A stretch of DNA of 25,460 nt. Origin: Octopus sinensis (lineage: Eukaryota). Location: positions 1-25,460 of the forward strand of contig NW_021836001.1 of assembly GCF_006345805.1 (NCBI RefSeq), written 5' to 3'. Below, piece by piece: positions 10,203-21,146 of the stretch. Below the pieces are notes generated by a model. The model ran no database searches and was not told the DNA's origin. It was given only the letters and a program-made list of their open reading frames with translations. The translations under genes were made by a program, and so were the position numbers. Position 1 is the first letter of the stretch. The number at the start of each line of letters is the position of its first letter.

Positions 10203-10320
10203 TAATAATCATAACAAACAACAACAGCAAGAATCATAGCAGTGACAAAGCCACCACAACCAACATCAACATCAACATCAACATCAACAACAATACCAGC
10301 GAGAACAACAACAGTAGGAA
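9305..10320. repeat. Compound (CAA/CAT/AAT/GAT)n microsatellite
   Basis: Direct reading of the sequence. Confidence 0.95.
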
Positions 10321-10339
10321 TCATACCAACATTTTTCAG

Positions 10340-10416
10340 TTCGTTTCTAAGTTAAAGACGCTGGGATTTTTGAATGTGTTAAAGAGTCTTTTATCTGGTC
10401 ACGAATATCCCATCAC
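10340..10416 (+). other. Weak candidate internal exon (77 nt)
   Basis: TTTTTCAG acceptor and GTGAGT donor with one open frame, FVSKLKTLGFLNVLKSLLSGHEYPI. No homology recognised. Confidence 0.2.
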
Positions 10417-10597
10417 GTGAGTGTCTTACATCCGGTTAGTTCTAAAGACGTGACGCCATTACATTCAATTGTGTGGCGGCCATTATTGCCTTGTCAAACA
10501 TGAATGTCACATATTCCGGTTTTCTATTCCTCCCATTCACAATAAGCACAACCAAAATATCTCTGAATATCTGGAAAATAACAATGATATCAATTGA

Positions 10598-10607
10598 TGT
10601 GAATGCG

Positions 10608-10661
<54 letters not shown>

Positions 10662-10700
10662 GTGCGTGAATGTGTCCGTGTGTGTGTGAGCGTGTGAGTG

Positions 10701-10746
<46 letters not shown>

Positions 10747-10888
10747 TATATATATAATATATATATATTATATATATATATATATATAATATATATTATA
10801 TATAAATGTATATTTATGTATATATCTACATATATTATATGTATGTATATATATAAATGTATATTTATGTATATATATTTGTGTGCGC

Positions 10889-10933
<45 letters not shown>

Positions 10934-11055
10934 ATATATATATATAACATATATACATATGTATATACATATGTGTATATGTATATATGTATGTATATAT
11001 ATTTATATACATATTTACATATATACATATGCATATATATGTATGTATATATGTA

Positions 11056-11105
<50 letters not shown>

Positions 11106-11176
11106 TATATATATGAATGTACATATTTATATGCATAACAATGATAACTATAGTATAAGCAGCATTGATAATAATA

Positions 11177-11211
<35 letters not shown>

Positions 11212-11280
11212 CACTACAAAAGCAACAATAACGTATATTATAATAATATTTTAATGATGATTGATGATGATGATGATGAT
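10598..11280. repeat. (TG)n, (TA)n, (CTA)n microsatellites
   Basis: Direct reading of the sequence. Confidence 0.95.
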
Positions 11281-11930
11281 CATGATGACGATGACGACGA
11301 CGACGGCGAATACGAGGAGGAGGTGGAGTAAGGGATGAAGGAGGTGGATGGATGGGTGGTACAGGTGGAGGATAACACTTACGGTGGGGAGAAGTATGAT
11401 GATGATGATGATGATGATGACGATGGTGGTGTTGGTAGTAATAGTAGTGGTGGTAGTAATGGTGGTGGTGGAGGTGGTGGTGGTGGTGATGATGGTGAAG
11501 GTGAGATCGGGGGTCGGGGAGTTAGGGGTGGGGGCTTGACGTTGAAGCGGTGGCTGGAAGTTGTGGTGGCAGTGGTGGAGACGGATGTGGGGGTCCGAAG
11601 TGGTTGTGGCGGTGGTGGTGGTGGTTGTGTTGGTGGTGGCGGCGGCGGTAATGACGACTGCGATAATATCTATAGAATTAATTGTGACAATAGAAATAAT
11701 ACCATATTTCATGATACTTTTAATGTTGCTGGTATTGGCGGGGGCGGGGGCGATGAGGGGTGGATGAGGCGACGGTTGAGGCGATGGCGGCGACGCCAGC
11801 GATGATAGTGGTGATAGTGGAGGCGGCCGGCGGTAGCGGTGGCGGTGGTGGTGGTGGTGGTGGTGGAGGTGGTGGTGGTGGCGGTGGCGGCGGCGGTGGT
11901 GGTGTTGGTGTTGGTGGTGTTGGTGTTGGT

Positions 11931-11962
<32 letters not shown>

Positions 11963-12600
11963 TGGCGGCAGCGATGGTGGTGATGGTGGTGGTGTTGATG
12001 GTGGTGGTGTTGATGGTGGTGGTGTTGATGGTGGTGGTGTTGATGGTGGTGGTGGTAGTGGTGGCGGCGGCGATGATGGTGTTGATGGTGGTGGTGGCGG
12101 TAGCGGTCGTGGTGGTGGTGGTGGTGGTGGCGGCGGCGATGGTGGTGTTGTTGATGGTGGTGGTGGTGACCTGTGATGGCCATGGTTTGCTAACTGTTAT
12201 GGTGATGATGATGATGGCGACTTTGATGAAAGATGACGATAACGATGGTGATCCACCACCACCACCACCACCACCGCCGCCACCACCACCACCACCACCA
12301 CCACCACCACCGCCCACCACCACACACCACCCCACCCACCCCGCCACCACCACCACCACCACCACAACCACCACCACCACAACCATCACCAACACCACCA
12401 CCACCACCACCGCCGCCGCCACCACCACCACCACCACCACCACCACCACCGGCGCCGCCACCATCACCACCACCATTACCACGCTGTAACTATCAACAGC
12501 AGCACCATCATCACTAGTAGCAACAGTAGCATCATCCTCGTTGTCGTTGTCGTCGTCGTCATCTTCATCACCACCATCATCGTCATCATTGACAAGAACA
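11281..12600. repeat. (GGT/GGC)n field switching to (CCA/CCG)n near 12250
   Basis: Direct reading of the sequence. Confidence 0.95.
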
Positions 12601-12660
12601 CGAACAAGAAGAACAACAGTGCCAACGTGCGCCCGCTCTGTGTGTGTGCGTGTAGGCATT

Positions 12661-12661
12661 C

Positions 12662-12748
<87 letters not shown>

Positions 12749-12825
12749 GAGAGAGATAGATAGAGAGAGTGATAGATAGATAGATAGATAGATAGATATA
12801 TAGATAGAGAGAGAGAGAGAGAGAG

Positions 12826-12864
<39 letters not shown>

Positions 12865-12924
12865 GAGATAGAGATAGATAGATAGATAGTAGAGAGGATA
12901 GATAGATAGATAGATAGTAGATAG

Positions 12925-12969
<45 letters not shown>

Positions 12970-13006
12970 TGAATGATATATATATATATAATATATTATA
13001 TATATA

Positions 13007-13041
<35 letters not shown>

Positions 13042-13400
13042 AAGATAGATACATAATAAAAGATGGATGAACGGATGGATGGATGTATAGTGAACGATAC
13101 GCACAAACGCACACACACACACACACACAACACACAATATATATATATATATATATATATAGATGTATATATATAAATGTATATAAGAGAGGGAAGGGAG
13201 AAAGAAGACCTGAGATACAGATTCATAGATAGATAGAGAGAGAGAGAGAGGTGAAAAGAAAGATTAGGTAGATAAATAGAGATAGAGAGATAGATAGATA
13301 CAGAGAGAGAGAGAGAGAAGAGAGAAAGAGAGAGAGAGAGATGGATGGAGAGAGATGAAAATAAATATAACAGAAAACATGAAAGACAATAGAAATAAAT
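12661..13400. repeat. (GATA)n/(GA)n/(TA)n microsatellites
   Basis: Direct reading of the sequence. Confidence 0.95.
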
Positions 13401-13502
13401 ATTAAAGAAAGCGAATAATGCAAAAAGCTTGAGTGAAAGAAAGGAGGTGAAAAGAGGGAGGGGAAGAGGTGTGGTAAGAGTGAGAGGGAAGGAGAGAGGG
13501 GT

Positions 13503-13950
13503 GTAGGAAAGGGGAGGGTAAAACAAATCTATGAGAGAGAGAGTGAGAGGTAGAAAAGGGGAAGGTGAGACAAATCTGTGTGAGAGAGAGAGAGATGTAG
13601 GAAAGGGGAAGGTAAGACAAATCTGTGTGTGTGTGAGAGAGAGAGAGAGAGTGAGAGGTAGGAAAGGGGAAGGTAAAACAAATTTGTGTGAGAGAGAGAG
13701 AGAGAGAGATGTAGGAAAGGGGAAGGTAAAACAAATCTGAGAGAGGAGAGAGAGAGAGATGTAGGAAAGGGGAAGGTAAAACAAATCTGAGAGAGAGAGA
13801 GAGAGATGTAGGAAAGGGGAAGGTAAAACAAATCTGAGAGAGAGAGAGAGAGAGATGTAGGAAAGGGGAAGGTAAAACAAATTTGTGAGAGAGAGAGAGA
13901 GAGGTAGGAAAGGGGAAGGTAAGACAAATCTGTGAGAGAGAGAGAGTGAG
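13503..13950 (+). repeat. Minisatellite: 9 copies of GTAGGAAAGGGGAAGGTAAAACAAATCT plus variable (GT)/(GA)n spacers
   Basis: Copies counted by eye; unit about 45-60 bp. Confidence 0.9.
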
Positions 13951-14488
13951 AGACAAAGAGAGAGAAGAGCCTGTGCATGCGTATGTGCGCGTTTGTGTGT
14001 GAGTGTGTGTAAGCGTATGATCGAGAGCGTCGAGAGAGGAGGAGGAGGAGGAGGAGGAATAGGAGGAAGGGGAGGAGGGGAGGAGGAGAGAGGGTAGATT
14101 GAGGACAGCTAAAGAAACGAAACGGAAAAAGAGAAGAATTAGTATAGAATAAAAGCTAAGTGAAGTGTGAGGGGGACCGTCGGAGGAGGAGGAGGAGAAA
14201 GGGGTAGCGGGGAGAGGTGTTCGGAAGAGAGTGAGCGATAGGAGGAGGAGTTGCAGCGAGAGAAAGTGGACGGCGGATAATGACGAGAAGAATGGAGCTG
14301 ATTGTAACAATGAAATCGTCAAATGGTCCGTGTATTTGTGTGTGTGTGTGCGTGTGTGTGTGTGTGTGTGTGTACGTTTCTGTGTGTGTGTGTGAGAGTG
14401 TGCACTTGTGTGTATGGGTCCGCGCGTATATGTGTGTGTGCGTGTGCGTATGTATGTTTGCGTGCGTGATTTCTAGCGTTCGTAAGTT

Positions 14489-14519
<31 letters not shown>

Positions 14520-14735
14520 GTGGATACCAGTGCGTATATGTATGAATATATGTGATTGCTTATGTATGTGTCTATGTGATTCATTGTGTGTATGTGTGTT
14601 GTGTATGTGTGTGTGCGTGTGTATGTGATTATGCGTATGTGTCACGCACGAAACTCATCGCTTTTGAGTTCTGCCGATTAAAAATATTGGGCATGTGTGT
14701 GTATGTATGTATATATTATATATATATATTATATA

Positions 14736-15332
14736 TATCATATAATAAGGGCTAAAGAGGTTATTCTAAGCCAAATACACTGTTTTATCCACTTATAATC
14801 CGCTTGTTACAGGAAAATTGAAACTGAAAACGGGGGCAACTAACCTTTAGAAAATTTAAATTTCGTTATCTCTATATTGAATCAATTTCGGACTTAATCT
14901 TATAAAAAAATATTCCTTCTTCAGTAGAACTTTCGATGGGATATAAATAAAATACTCACGTATGATCATGGAAAAAGCACAAGCTAAAAACATAACTACA
15001 CTTGAGTACATCACTTATATCTAAAAATAAAAATTCTTTGGTCAGCCTCAGAGAAAACAACGTCCAGACCTTTCGCCGCTACAAATTGTAATGATTACCA
15101 GTCCTCCTGTAGCAAGCATCAGTTAGTTTACTACTAAGCATATAAGATGAAGTCCCTTACTCTACAGCAAAGGATTCATCAGGAAGCGTGTGGGCAGTAT
15201 ATTTAAAAAAACCGTTACAGGTTGCAATATACATCATATAATTAAGGGCTAAAGAGGGTTATTCTAAAGCCAAATACACTGTTTTATCCACTTATAATCC
15301 GCTGTTACAGGAAAATTGAAACTGAAAACGGG
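14736..15332 (-). mobile_element. Second HHR-bearing element: about 100-bp direct repeats (14736-14834, 15233-15332), flanked by (TA)n
   Basis: ATCATATAAT(T)AAGGGCTAAAGAGG...GAAAACGGG repeated at about 498-bp period; HHR4 lies inside. Confidence 0.8.
14870..14929 (-). ncRNA. Type I hammerhead ribozyme HHR4
   Basis: Minus strand: TTCTA-CTGAAGA-A-GGA[loop]TCC-GAAA-TTGA-T-TCAA-TA^TAGAG. Stem I has 5 bp, stem III is quasi-palindromic, the triplet is AUA, and there is an extra A after A9. Confidence 0.72.
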
Positions 15333-15382
15333 CTATATATATATATATGTGTGTCTATCTGTGTATGTATGTATATGTATGT

Positions 15383-15560
15383 GGAGGTGCGTGGCCTAGT
15401 GCTTAGAGTACTGTACTCATGATTATAAGATTATGGTTTCGATTCCCGGACAGGGTGACGCGTTGTGTTCTTGAGCAAAACACTTCATTTCACGTTGCTC
15501 CAGTTCACTCAGCTGACAAAAATAGATATTCCTGCGGCAGACCGGCGCTCCACCCGTGGC
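15383..15560 (+). mobile_element. tRNA-derived SINE, family C (CORE-like)
   Basis: TGGCCTAGTGC A-box, GGTTTCGATTCCC B-box, then TGTGTTCTTGAGCAAAACACTTCA. Confidence 0.8.
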
Positions 15561-15721
15561 TAAGAGTAAGAGAATATACGGCACAGAATATGCGAACAGA
15601 TCTCGAAACAGATGTTTGGTCTATATTATATATATATATATTTATATATATATATATATATAGACACGTATATGTGTGTATATATGTGTGCGTGTTCGTG
15701 TGCATGTATGTGTAATATTGT

Positions 15722-15860
15722 GTGTGGGCAAGTGGTTATGCTGTTGACCTTGAGATCCTAAATTCGTGCGTTCGATTCCCGGACCGGGCAACGCGCGCTG
15801 TTTCTTTGAGCAACATTCTTCCACGTTACTTTTGTGTATTCACCTGAAAATGAGTACGAA
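15722..15860 (+). mobile_element. tRNA-derived SINE, family C, degenerate
   Basis: GGCAAGTGG and GTTCGATTCCCGGACCGGGC; similar to 15383-15560. Confidence 0.7.
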
Positions 15861-16277
15861 GTTAGCGGTGGAGAAACCCTCTCATCCTCCAACTTGCAGG
15901 TCCTAGGTGCCATCATAGGACTACTGGAGCCAGTGTAAGGCTACCGACGGGGTGTCTGTATCTTCACCTAAAACAATTAGCGAAACCATGATACATGTTA
16001 CCAAGTGGTACTTGCTTGCAGGTGACGGCTACGCGTTGTGTGTGTGTGTATGTGCGTCTATTTATGAGTGTGTGCGCATAAAAAATAAGTGCGTTTATAG
16101 AAGTAGCAATTCAAATAGAATATTAGATATCAAAAGTAACACTAGGAATGTTATTGAGTAGTTAAATGTTTAATAATCCTGATATTTCGAGTTAAAAACT
16201 CATGTTCAAAGTTCTAAAGAACGAGAGCGCGAGAAAGACAGAAAGATAGAGATTAAGATAAACTACATGTCTAGTGC

Positions 16278-16525
16278 GAAGGCGCGTGGCCTAGTAGGTT
16301 AGGCTATTGCACTCACGACCACCAGATCGTGGGATCGATTTCCTGACTGGGCGGCACGTTTTTTCTTGAGCATTGTTACAGTCGCCCTTCGATCAGGGAG
16401 GATTGTTGGTTTCCTCCCATAGCCAGTGGGGTGGCGTCATTTCAAGGCTAAAACAATGCAAAAGTGCACGGTGACCAGTGATGTGTAACATTTGATAACC
16501 TGGTTGGTCACGTGATCAGGTGACA
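16278..16525 (+). mobile_element. tRNA-derived SINE, family C-related
   Basis: GAAGGCGCGTGGCCTAGTAGG A-box, GGGATCGATTTCC B-box, TTCTTGAGC core remnant. Confidence 0.7.
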
Positions 16526-16689
16526 TGTTTCATTTGATGGCGTGTACTATCACTCACAATGTGTGTAATGATAAAATTATCGTGTGTTGAAACGTGTAGA
16601 GATTTTTAGCGGTAGTTTATGCACTCCTCGGTCTAAGACGATGTCAGTGTTATGACATCAAAATGAAAATGGATTTTGGAAGGTGGTGA

Positions 16690-17380
16690 GCTGGCAGAAA
16701 CATCGGAAGGAATGAAGTTGTAAAGTACAATAGGAATGATCTTCAACTGTTGAAAACGTGCAGAATGTAATCTGCTCATCTCAAATACTATTTCCTGCCT
16801 GCCTCACCATAAAAGAATACCGTGCTTGCTCTGGGCACCGGCATATTATTATCAAGTGTGCCACCGTATAGAAGAGCGACTGGTAGAATGTAAAGGTGAC
16901 CAGAGCCATGCAAGCAGAGACTGCTGTATTGATTGACCATAGATTTATCATAAGTTCTTCCAATGTTTACATTCAGGTCATACTAGAGTCCTGAGGGAGG
17001 GAAAGGTAAGGAGAAGGCAGAATGTCTTCAAACGGGCTTTCGGTGTCCTTCAAAGAAAATTTCTGTGAGATATTGGAGAACAAATTCGACAGCCCAAACT
17101 TATCCTCCGCTGGTATGAAAGAAAATTGGGTAGTTTTCAGAGACATTTTTTTCACTCAACATCTCTATGGATTGGTTAGATGAGTTGTGAAAGGCAAGGC
17201 GAGGGAAATGGTAAGAGCAACGGAGAAAGTGGTTATGAATTGCGTTGAGAATGTTGTGGTTTGTGTGGACAGGAATTTTTTGGGGTGTTGTTTGTCAATG
17301 CTTGGCTGCTCTGTCGTATAGATTGGATGGGGGAAAGGGTTAATGAAAGAGAAATTGGATGAATTGCTTAGCTTTTTTTA
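16690..17380 (-). mobile_element. Highly decayed coding remnant of an unidentified element, possibly PLE-related
   Basis: The minus-frame peptide ILNAIHNHFLRCSYHFPRLAFH recurs in diverged form at 18345-18690. RQEIVFEM loosely recalls PLE endonuclease C-termini. Boundaries uncertain. Confidence 0.3.
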
Positions 17381-17529
17381 GTGGTGCTCGTGGGGCAGAA
17401 GCCGCCGTTGATGCTGTTGCTGTTGAGCGAAGCGGTCTTCGTCCCAGAGCTCGCAAGATCGCGCCTCTGTAGTGGGAGAATTCCTAAACGTGGTCCTTTG
17501 CTATTCGTGAGACCCGCAGAAGAGAAAGC

Positions 17530-17793
17530 AGGTCAACCCCCGACACCGAGAGCATCGACGGATGGATGAATGCGCATCCAGGCTCAGCAGTTGTGTAGGA
17601 AGTCGGGGACAAGAAACAGGAAGAAAGAGTGAGAGAAAGATAGGGCGAAAGAGTACAAAAGGGGTCGCCTCCCCCTGCCGGAGCCTCGTGGAGCTTTAGC
17701 TCAATAAACACACACAACGCCCAGTCTGGGAATCGAAACCGCGATCCTCCGACCGTGAGTCCGCTGCCCTAACCACTGGGCCATTGCGCCTCC
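17530..17793 (-). mobile_element. tRNA-derived SINE with a well-preserved head
   Basis: Minus strand GGAGGCGCAATGGCCCAGTGGTTAGGGCAGCGGACTCACGGTCGGAGGATCGCGGTTTCGATTCCC. It continues into SINE body with no acceptor stem or Pol III terminator. The 3' boundary is uncertain. Confidence 0.8.
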
Positions 17794-17978
17794 TGCCGGT
17801 GATGCTGCATGTGAGTGCAGGAATAGCCATAGGAGGTAAGTTGGTAGGTCTGCAGGCCCGCATTAAGGAAGAAACAAAAAAAAACATTGGTAAATTTCAA
17901 TGCGTGGTTGCAGCGCGTGCTAGAAATAGCAGTGAAATGTTTCATATTTCCTTAGTGAAACGCGTGCGTTTGCATTTA

Positions 17979-18240
17979 TCATCATCATCATTATTCGACC
18001 GTGGTCGAGACAATGGAATTTACCATGCTACGCCAGACTTCACGGTCCATCATGGCATTACGGAGGTCCTGTTGCTGGATGCCTGTATCCCTGGAGATTA
18101 CATCAGGGTAGGAGAGTGTGCACCCTCTGGTATTGCGAGTAGATGGCTTCCAGAGGAGAAGAGTAGAAATTACCTTTTTTCAGCTCTACAACAATGTCCA
18201 GCAAACTGGACTCTCTTACCTTTCACATTACCTTGCATTT
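17979..18240 (-). mobile_element. 3' end of an RTE-like LINE with (ATG)n tail
   Basis: Minus peptide KRVQFAGHCCRAE/(frameshift)/LLLWKPSTRNTRGCTLSYPDVISRDTGIQQQDLRNAMMDREVWRSMV..* fits the FAGH...LLW...DR..WR terminus of RTE-group ORFs. Stop at 17991-17993. Confidence 0.8.
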
Positions 18241-18382
18241 ATGGAAATTGATGCAATTTACGAATGAAAAAGTTTACGTACCGAATTCAACAAAATGAAT
18301 GAATGTGCTTTAGTTGATCAGTATTGCTTTGATAGAGCAATACTGTGAAAGAGAAGACGAGAGAAATGGTATGAGAATAGGA

Positions 18383-18618
18383 AAAAGGCGGCGTCCTGGC
18401 AGAAATGTTAGCACGTCGGGCGAAATGCTTAGCCGGTATTTCGTCTGCCGCTACGTTCTGAGTTCAAATTCCGCCGAGGTCGACTTTACCTTTCATCCTT
18501 TAGGGGTCGATTAAATAAGTACCAGTTACGCACTGGGGTCGATATAATCGACTTAATTTCTTTGTCTGTCCTTGTTTGTCCTCTCTGTGTTTAGCCCCTT
18601 GTGGGTAGTAAAGAAATA
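18383..18618 (+). mobile_element. tRNA-derived SINE, family B, tail type 2, with a 15-bp target-site duplication
   Basis: Full head, core and tail. Flanked by GGTATGAGAATAGGA (18368-18382) and GGTATGAGAAAAGGA (18619-18633). Confidence 0.9.
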
Positions 18619-19007
18619 GGTATGAGAAAAGGAGACAGTGATTGTGAATTGCGTTCCGAATGTTGTTTGCCAGGACATGAATTTTGTCGTATTAATAAGA
18701 AAGCAGACAGCTAGAAGGATGAAGAAAGCTATCAGTGGTGTGGAGTCGTTTGAACTCTCCGTTCGCTAGGTCAGAGGTGAAGTGGATGACAATATATTTT
18801 ACTTGACAAGGTAGCATGTGGTTAATGTCTGTTATTACCATCTTCCATTGTCCCGTTGCGAGAAGTAAGTTCTATTTGCCTGCCGTGGTAATGAAATGAG
18901 AATGAGATGTAAAGAGGACAATGTTTTCGAGATTCCGGTTGGGATGTAAGGCAGGTCTGAAAGGGTTACCAACAGTTATTAGTAGCAGTGGTAGAGTGTT
19001 TATGAAG

Positions 19008-19414
19008 AATAGTGGCTGTGTGGTAAGTAGCTTGTTTACCAACCACATGCTTCCGGGTTCAGTCCCACTGCGTGGCACCTTGGGCAAGTGTCTTCTACTA
19101 TAGCCTCGGGCCGACCAAAGCCTTGTGAGTGGATTTGGTAGACGGAAACTGAAAGAAGCCTGTCGTATATGTATATATATATATGCGTGTGTGTGTTTGT
19201 GTGTCTGTGTTTGTCCCCCTAGCATTGCTTGACAACCGATGCTGGTGTGTTTATGTTCCCGTTACTTAACGGTTCGGCAAAAGAGATCGATAGAATAAGT
19301 ACTGGGCTTACAAAAGAATAAGTCCCGGGGTCGAGTTGCTCGATTAAAGGCGGTGCTCCATCATGGCCGCAGTCAAATGACTGAAACAAGTAAAAGAGTA
19401 AAAGAGTAAAAGAG

Positions 19415-19415
<1 letters not shown>
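19008..19415 (+). mobile_element. tRNA-derived SINE, family A, with (AAAAGAGT)3 tail
   Basis: TGGCTGTGTGG, GGGTTCAGTCCC and GGCACCTTGGGCAAGTGTCTT (CORE-like). Colinear with 3576-4000. Confidence 0.88.
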
Positions 19416-19487
<72 letters not shown>

Positions 19488-19609
19488 GTGCGTGTGTGAG
19501 GTTAAAGGGAAAGTATCTCACATTGCAATAGAGAGATGTTATTGTTTTCTGCTTTGGCACATAATACTGAAATAGTGTAGGAGATAAGAGATTGCTCTTA
19601 TTGGGTTAT

Positions 19610-19760
19610 GACACTACATGGACCCTAAGTAAGGCATAAAATTTGAATGAAATCGATTGAGTAGTTCTCGAGTTTTAGGGATTCTCACAGACTGACACAC
19701 ACAGACAGACAGATAAGCACACGCACACATTCTAATCTTTGCAGATAGAGAGATTATTAG
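19610..19760 (+). mobile_element. Possible non-autonomous Helitron/DINE-like 3' fragment
   Basis: AAATTTGAATGAAATCGATTGAGTAGTTCTCGAG followed by ACAGAC/ACAC repeats resembles the generic 3' layout of such elements. Pattern recall only. Confidence 0.25.
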
Positions 19761-20062
19761 ATAAAATCAGACAAATTAGTAATATTTTTGGACTTCAAAA
19801 TTAATTATTTTTTTTTTTAATTTCTAAACTTTGATACTTTTTGAAAATACGTTCTGGATTAGATCCAAATGAAGGTTTTGCATGATTAAGTAAAAGCTCA
19901 CCTTCATTTCTTGTTTAATCCTCTGGTAGTCCTCATAATCTTCGGTGAACTATCACCATGTTATGCCGCCGTTTTGGTTAGTGAACTTTTGAGAAGATTC
20001 GATTTGGTACCGTTCACTGCGTAGTTGGATTGGTGAAGTTGTTATTGTTTTTCCCTGCAACT

Positions 20063-20475
20063 GATCTTGATGAGTCCATCACACTTCGTGACTTTTGGAA
20101 GAGATACGATATCTACAAGGCTGTACAGAACATAGTAGCGGCATGGAATGACGTACAGAGCACGGCTGTGAATGGTGTATGGAAGAAGCTATGCCTGCAA
20201 TTCGTGTATGATTTAAGGGGTTTGATAATGGTGCCATCAACAAAACGTTGGTGACTACGAGCAAAGAACTGGAAATGGATTTGGAGGAGGAGAATTTCAC
20301 AAATTTATTTGAAAAAGACAAGCAGCCCCTGACGAACGAGGATTTGATAGGGCTTCACAGGCAGCAAAATAAAGAAGAAGAGGCAGTAGAACCTGAGTCA
20401 TGTCATTTTACCATTAAGAAAATGCAGCAAGCATTTGCATATATCGAAGGTCTTTCTATGTTCGAAGGTCTTTCT
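20063..20475 (+). pseudogene. Tigger/pogo-family transposase C-terminal remnant
   Basis: TLRDFWKRYDIYKAVQNIVAAWNDV..TAVNGVWKKLC and ELEMDLEE..PLTNEDLIGL..FTIKKMQQAFAYIE match the CENP-B/Tigger-type C-terminus; frameshifted. Confidence 0.8.
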
Positions 20476-20486
20476 ATGTTCTATGA

Positions 20487-20803
20487 GGGCGGCGAGCTGG
20501 CAGAATCGTTAGCATGCCGGGCGAAATGCTTAGAAGTATTTCGTCTGTCTTTACGTTCTGAGTTCAAATTCCGCCGAGGTCGACTTTGCCTTTCATCTTT
20601 TCGGAGTCGATTAAATAAGTACCAGTTACGCACTGGGGCCGATATAATCGACTTAATCCGTTTGTCTGCCCTTGTTTGTCCCCTCTGTGTGTAGCCCCTT
20701 GTGGGCAGTAAAGAAATAGGTATTTCGTCTGCCGTTACGTTGTGAGTTCAAATTCCGCCGAGGTCGACTTTGCCTTTCATCCTTTCGGGATCGATAAATT
20801 AAG
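20487..20803 (+). mobile_element. SINE family B, tail type 2: full copy followed head-to-tail by a partial second copy (20719-20803)
   Basis: The tail ...AAAGAAATAGGTAT runs directly into the internal sequence GGTATTTCGTCTGCC. Confidence 0.9.
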
Positions 20804-20877
20804 ACCCAAGATGGCAGGTAAGGCTATGTAAGTAATACGAGTGAGGAGTCTAATGCGGGTCTTGTGTGAGCATGTAC

Positions 20878-21111
20878 ATGTTAAATAAAATGAGACAACA
20901 AAGCCAAGGCTGCGCGAAATTTATAGGATATTTTCTTTACCTATCTCCCCACCTTAGTACCTTTGAAACATATCCCCCCACCTCCCATTTCTCACACATA
21001 TTCTTTCCTTACATTCTTATCTCCTCCTTCTGTCCCTCCCCTATTCCTTTTAACTTGATGGCATTCCTCTCCTATACTCCTCACAATATCTTGACCATCA
21101 CCTAACACTCC

Positions 21112-21146
<35 letters not shown>

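Noticed and set aside
13503-13950. Repeat-spacer array superficially like CRISPR
   Set aside because: Spacers are (GA)n microsatellite rather than unique sequence, the context is eukaryotic, and there are no cas genes.
15146-15182. CTGATGA on the minus strand followed by a TCCTT/AAGGGA stem
   Set aside because: No GAAA follows stem II. The CUGAUGA itself pairs with TTCATC in a simple hairpin.
17715-17793. Possible tRNA gene
   Set aside because: A and B boxes are present but there is no acceptor stem or terminator, and it runs into SINE body.
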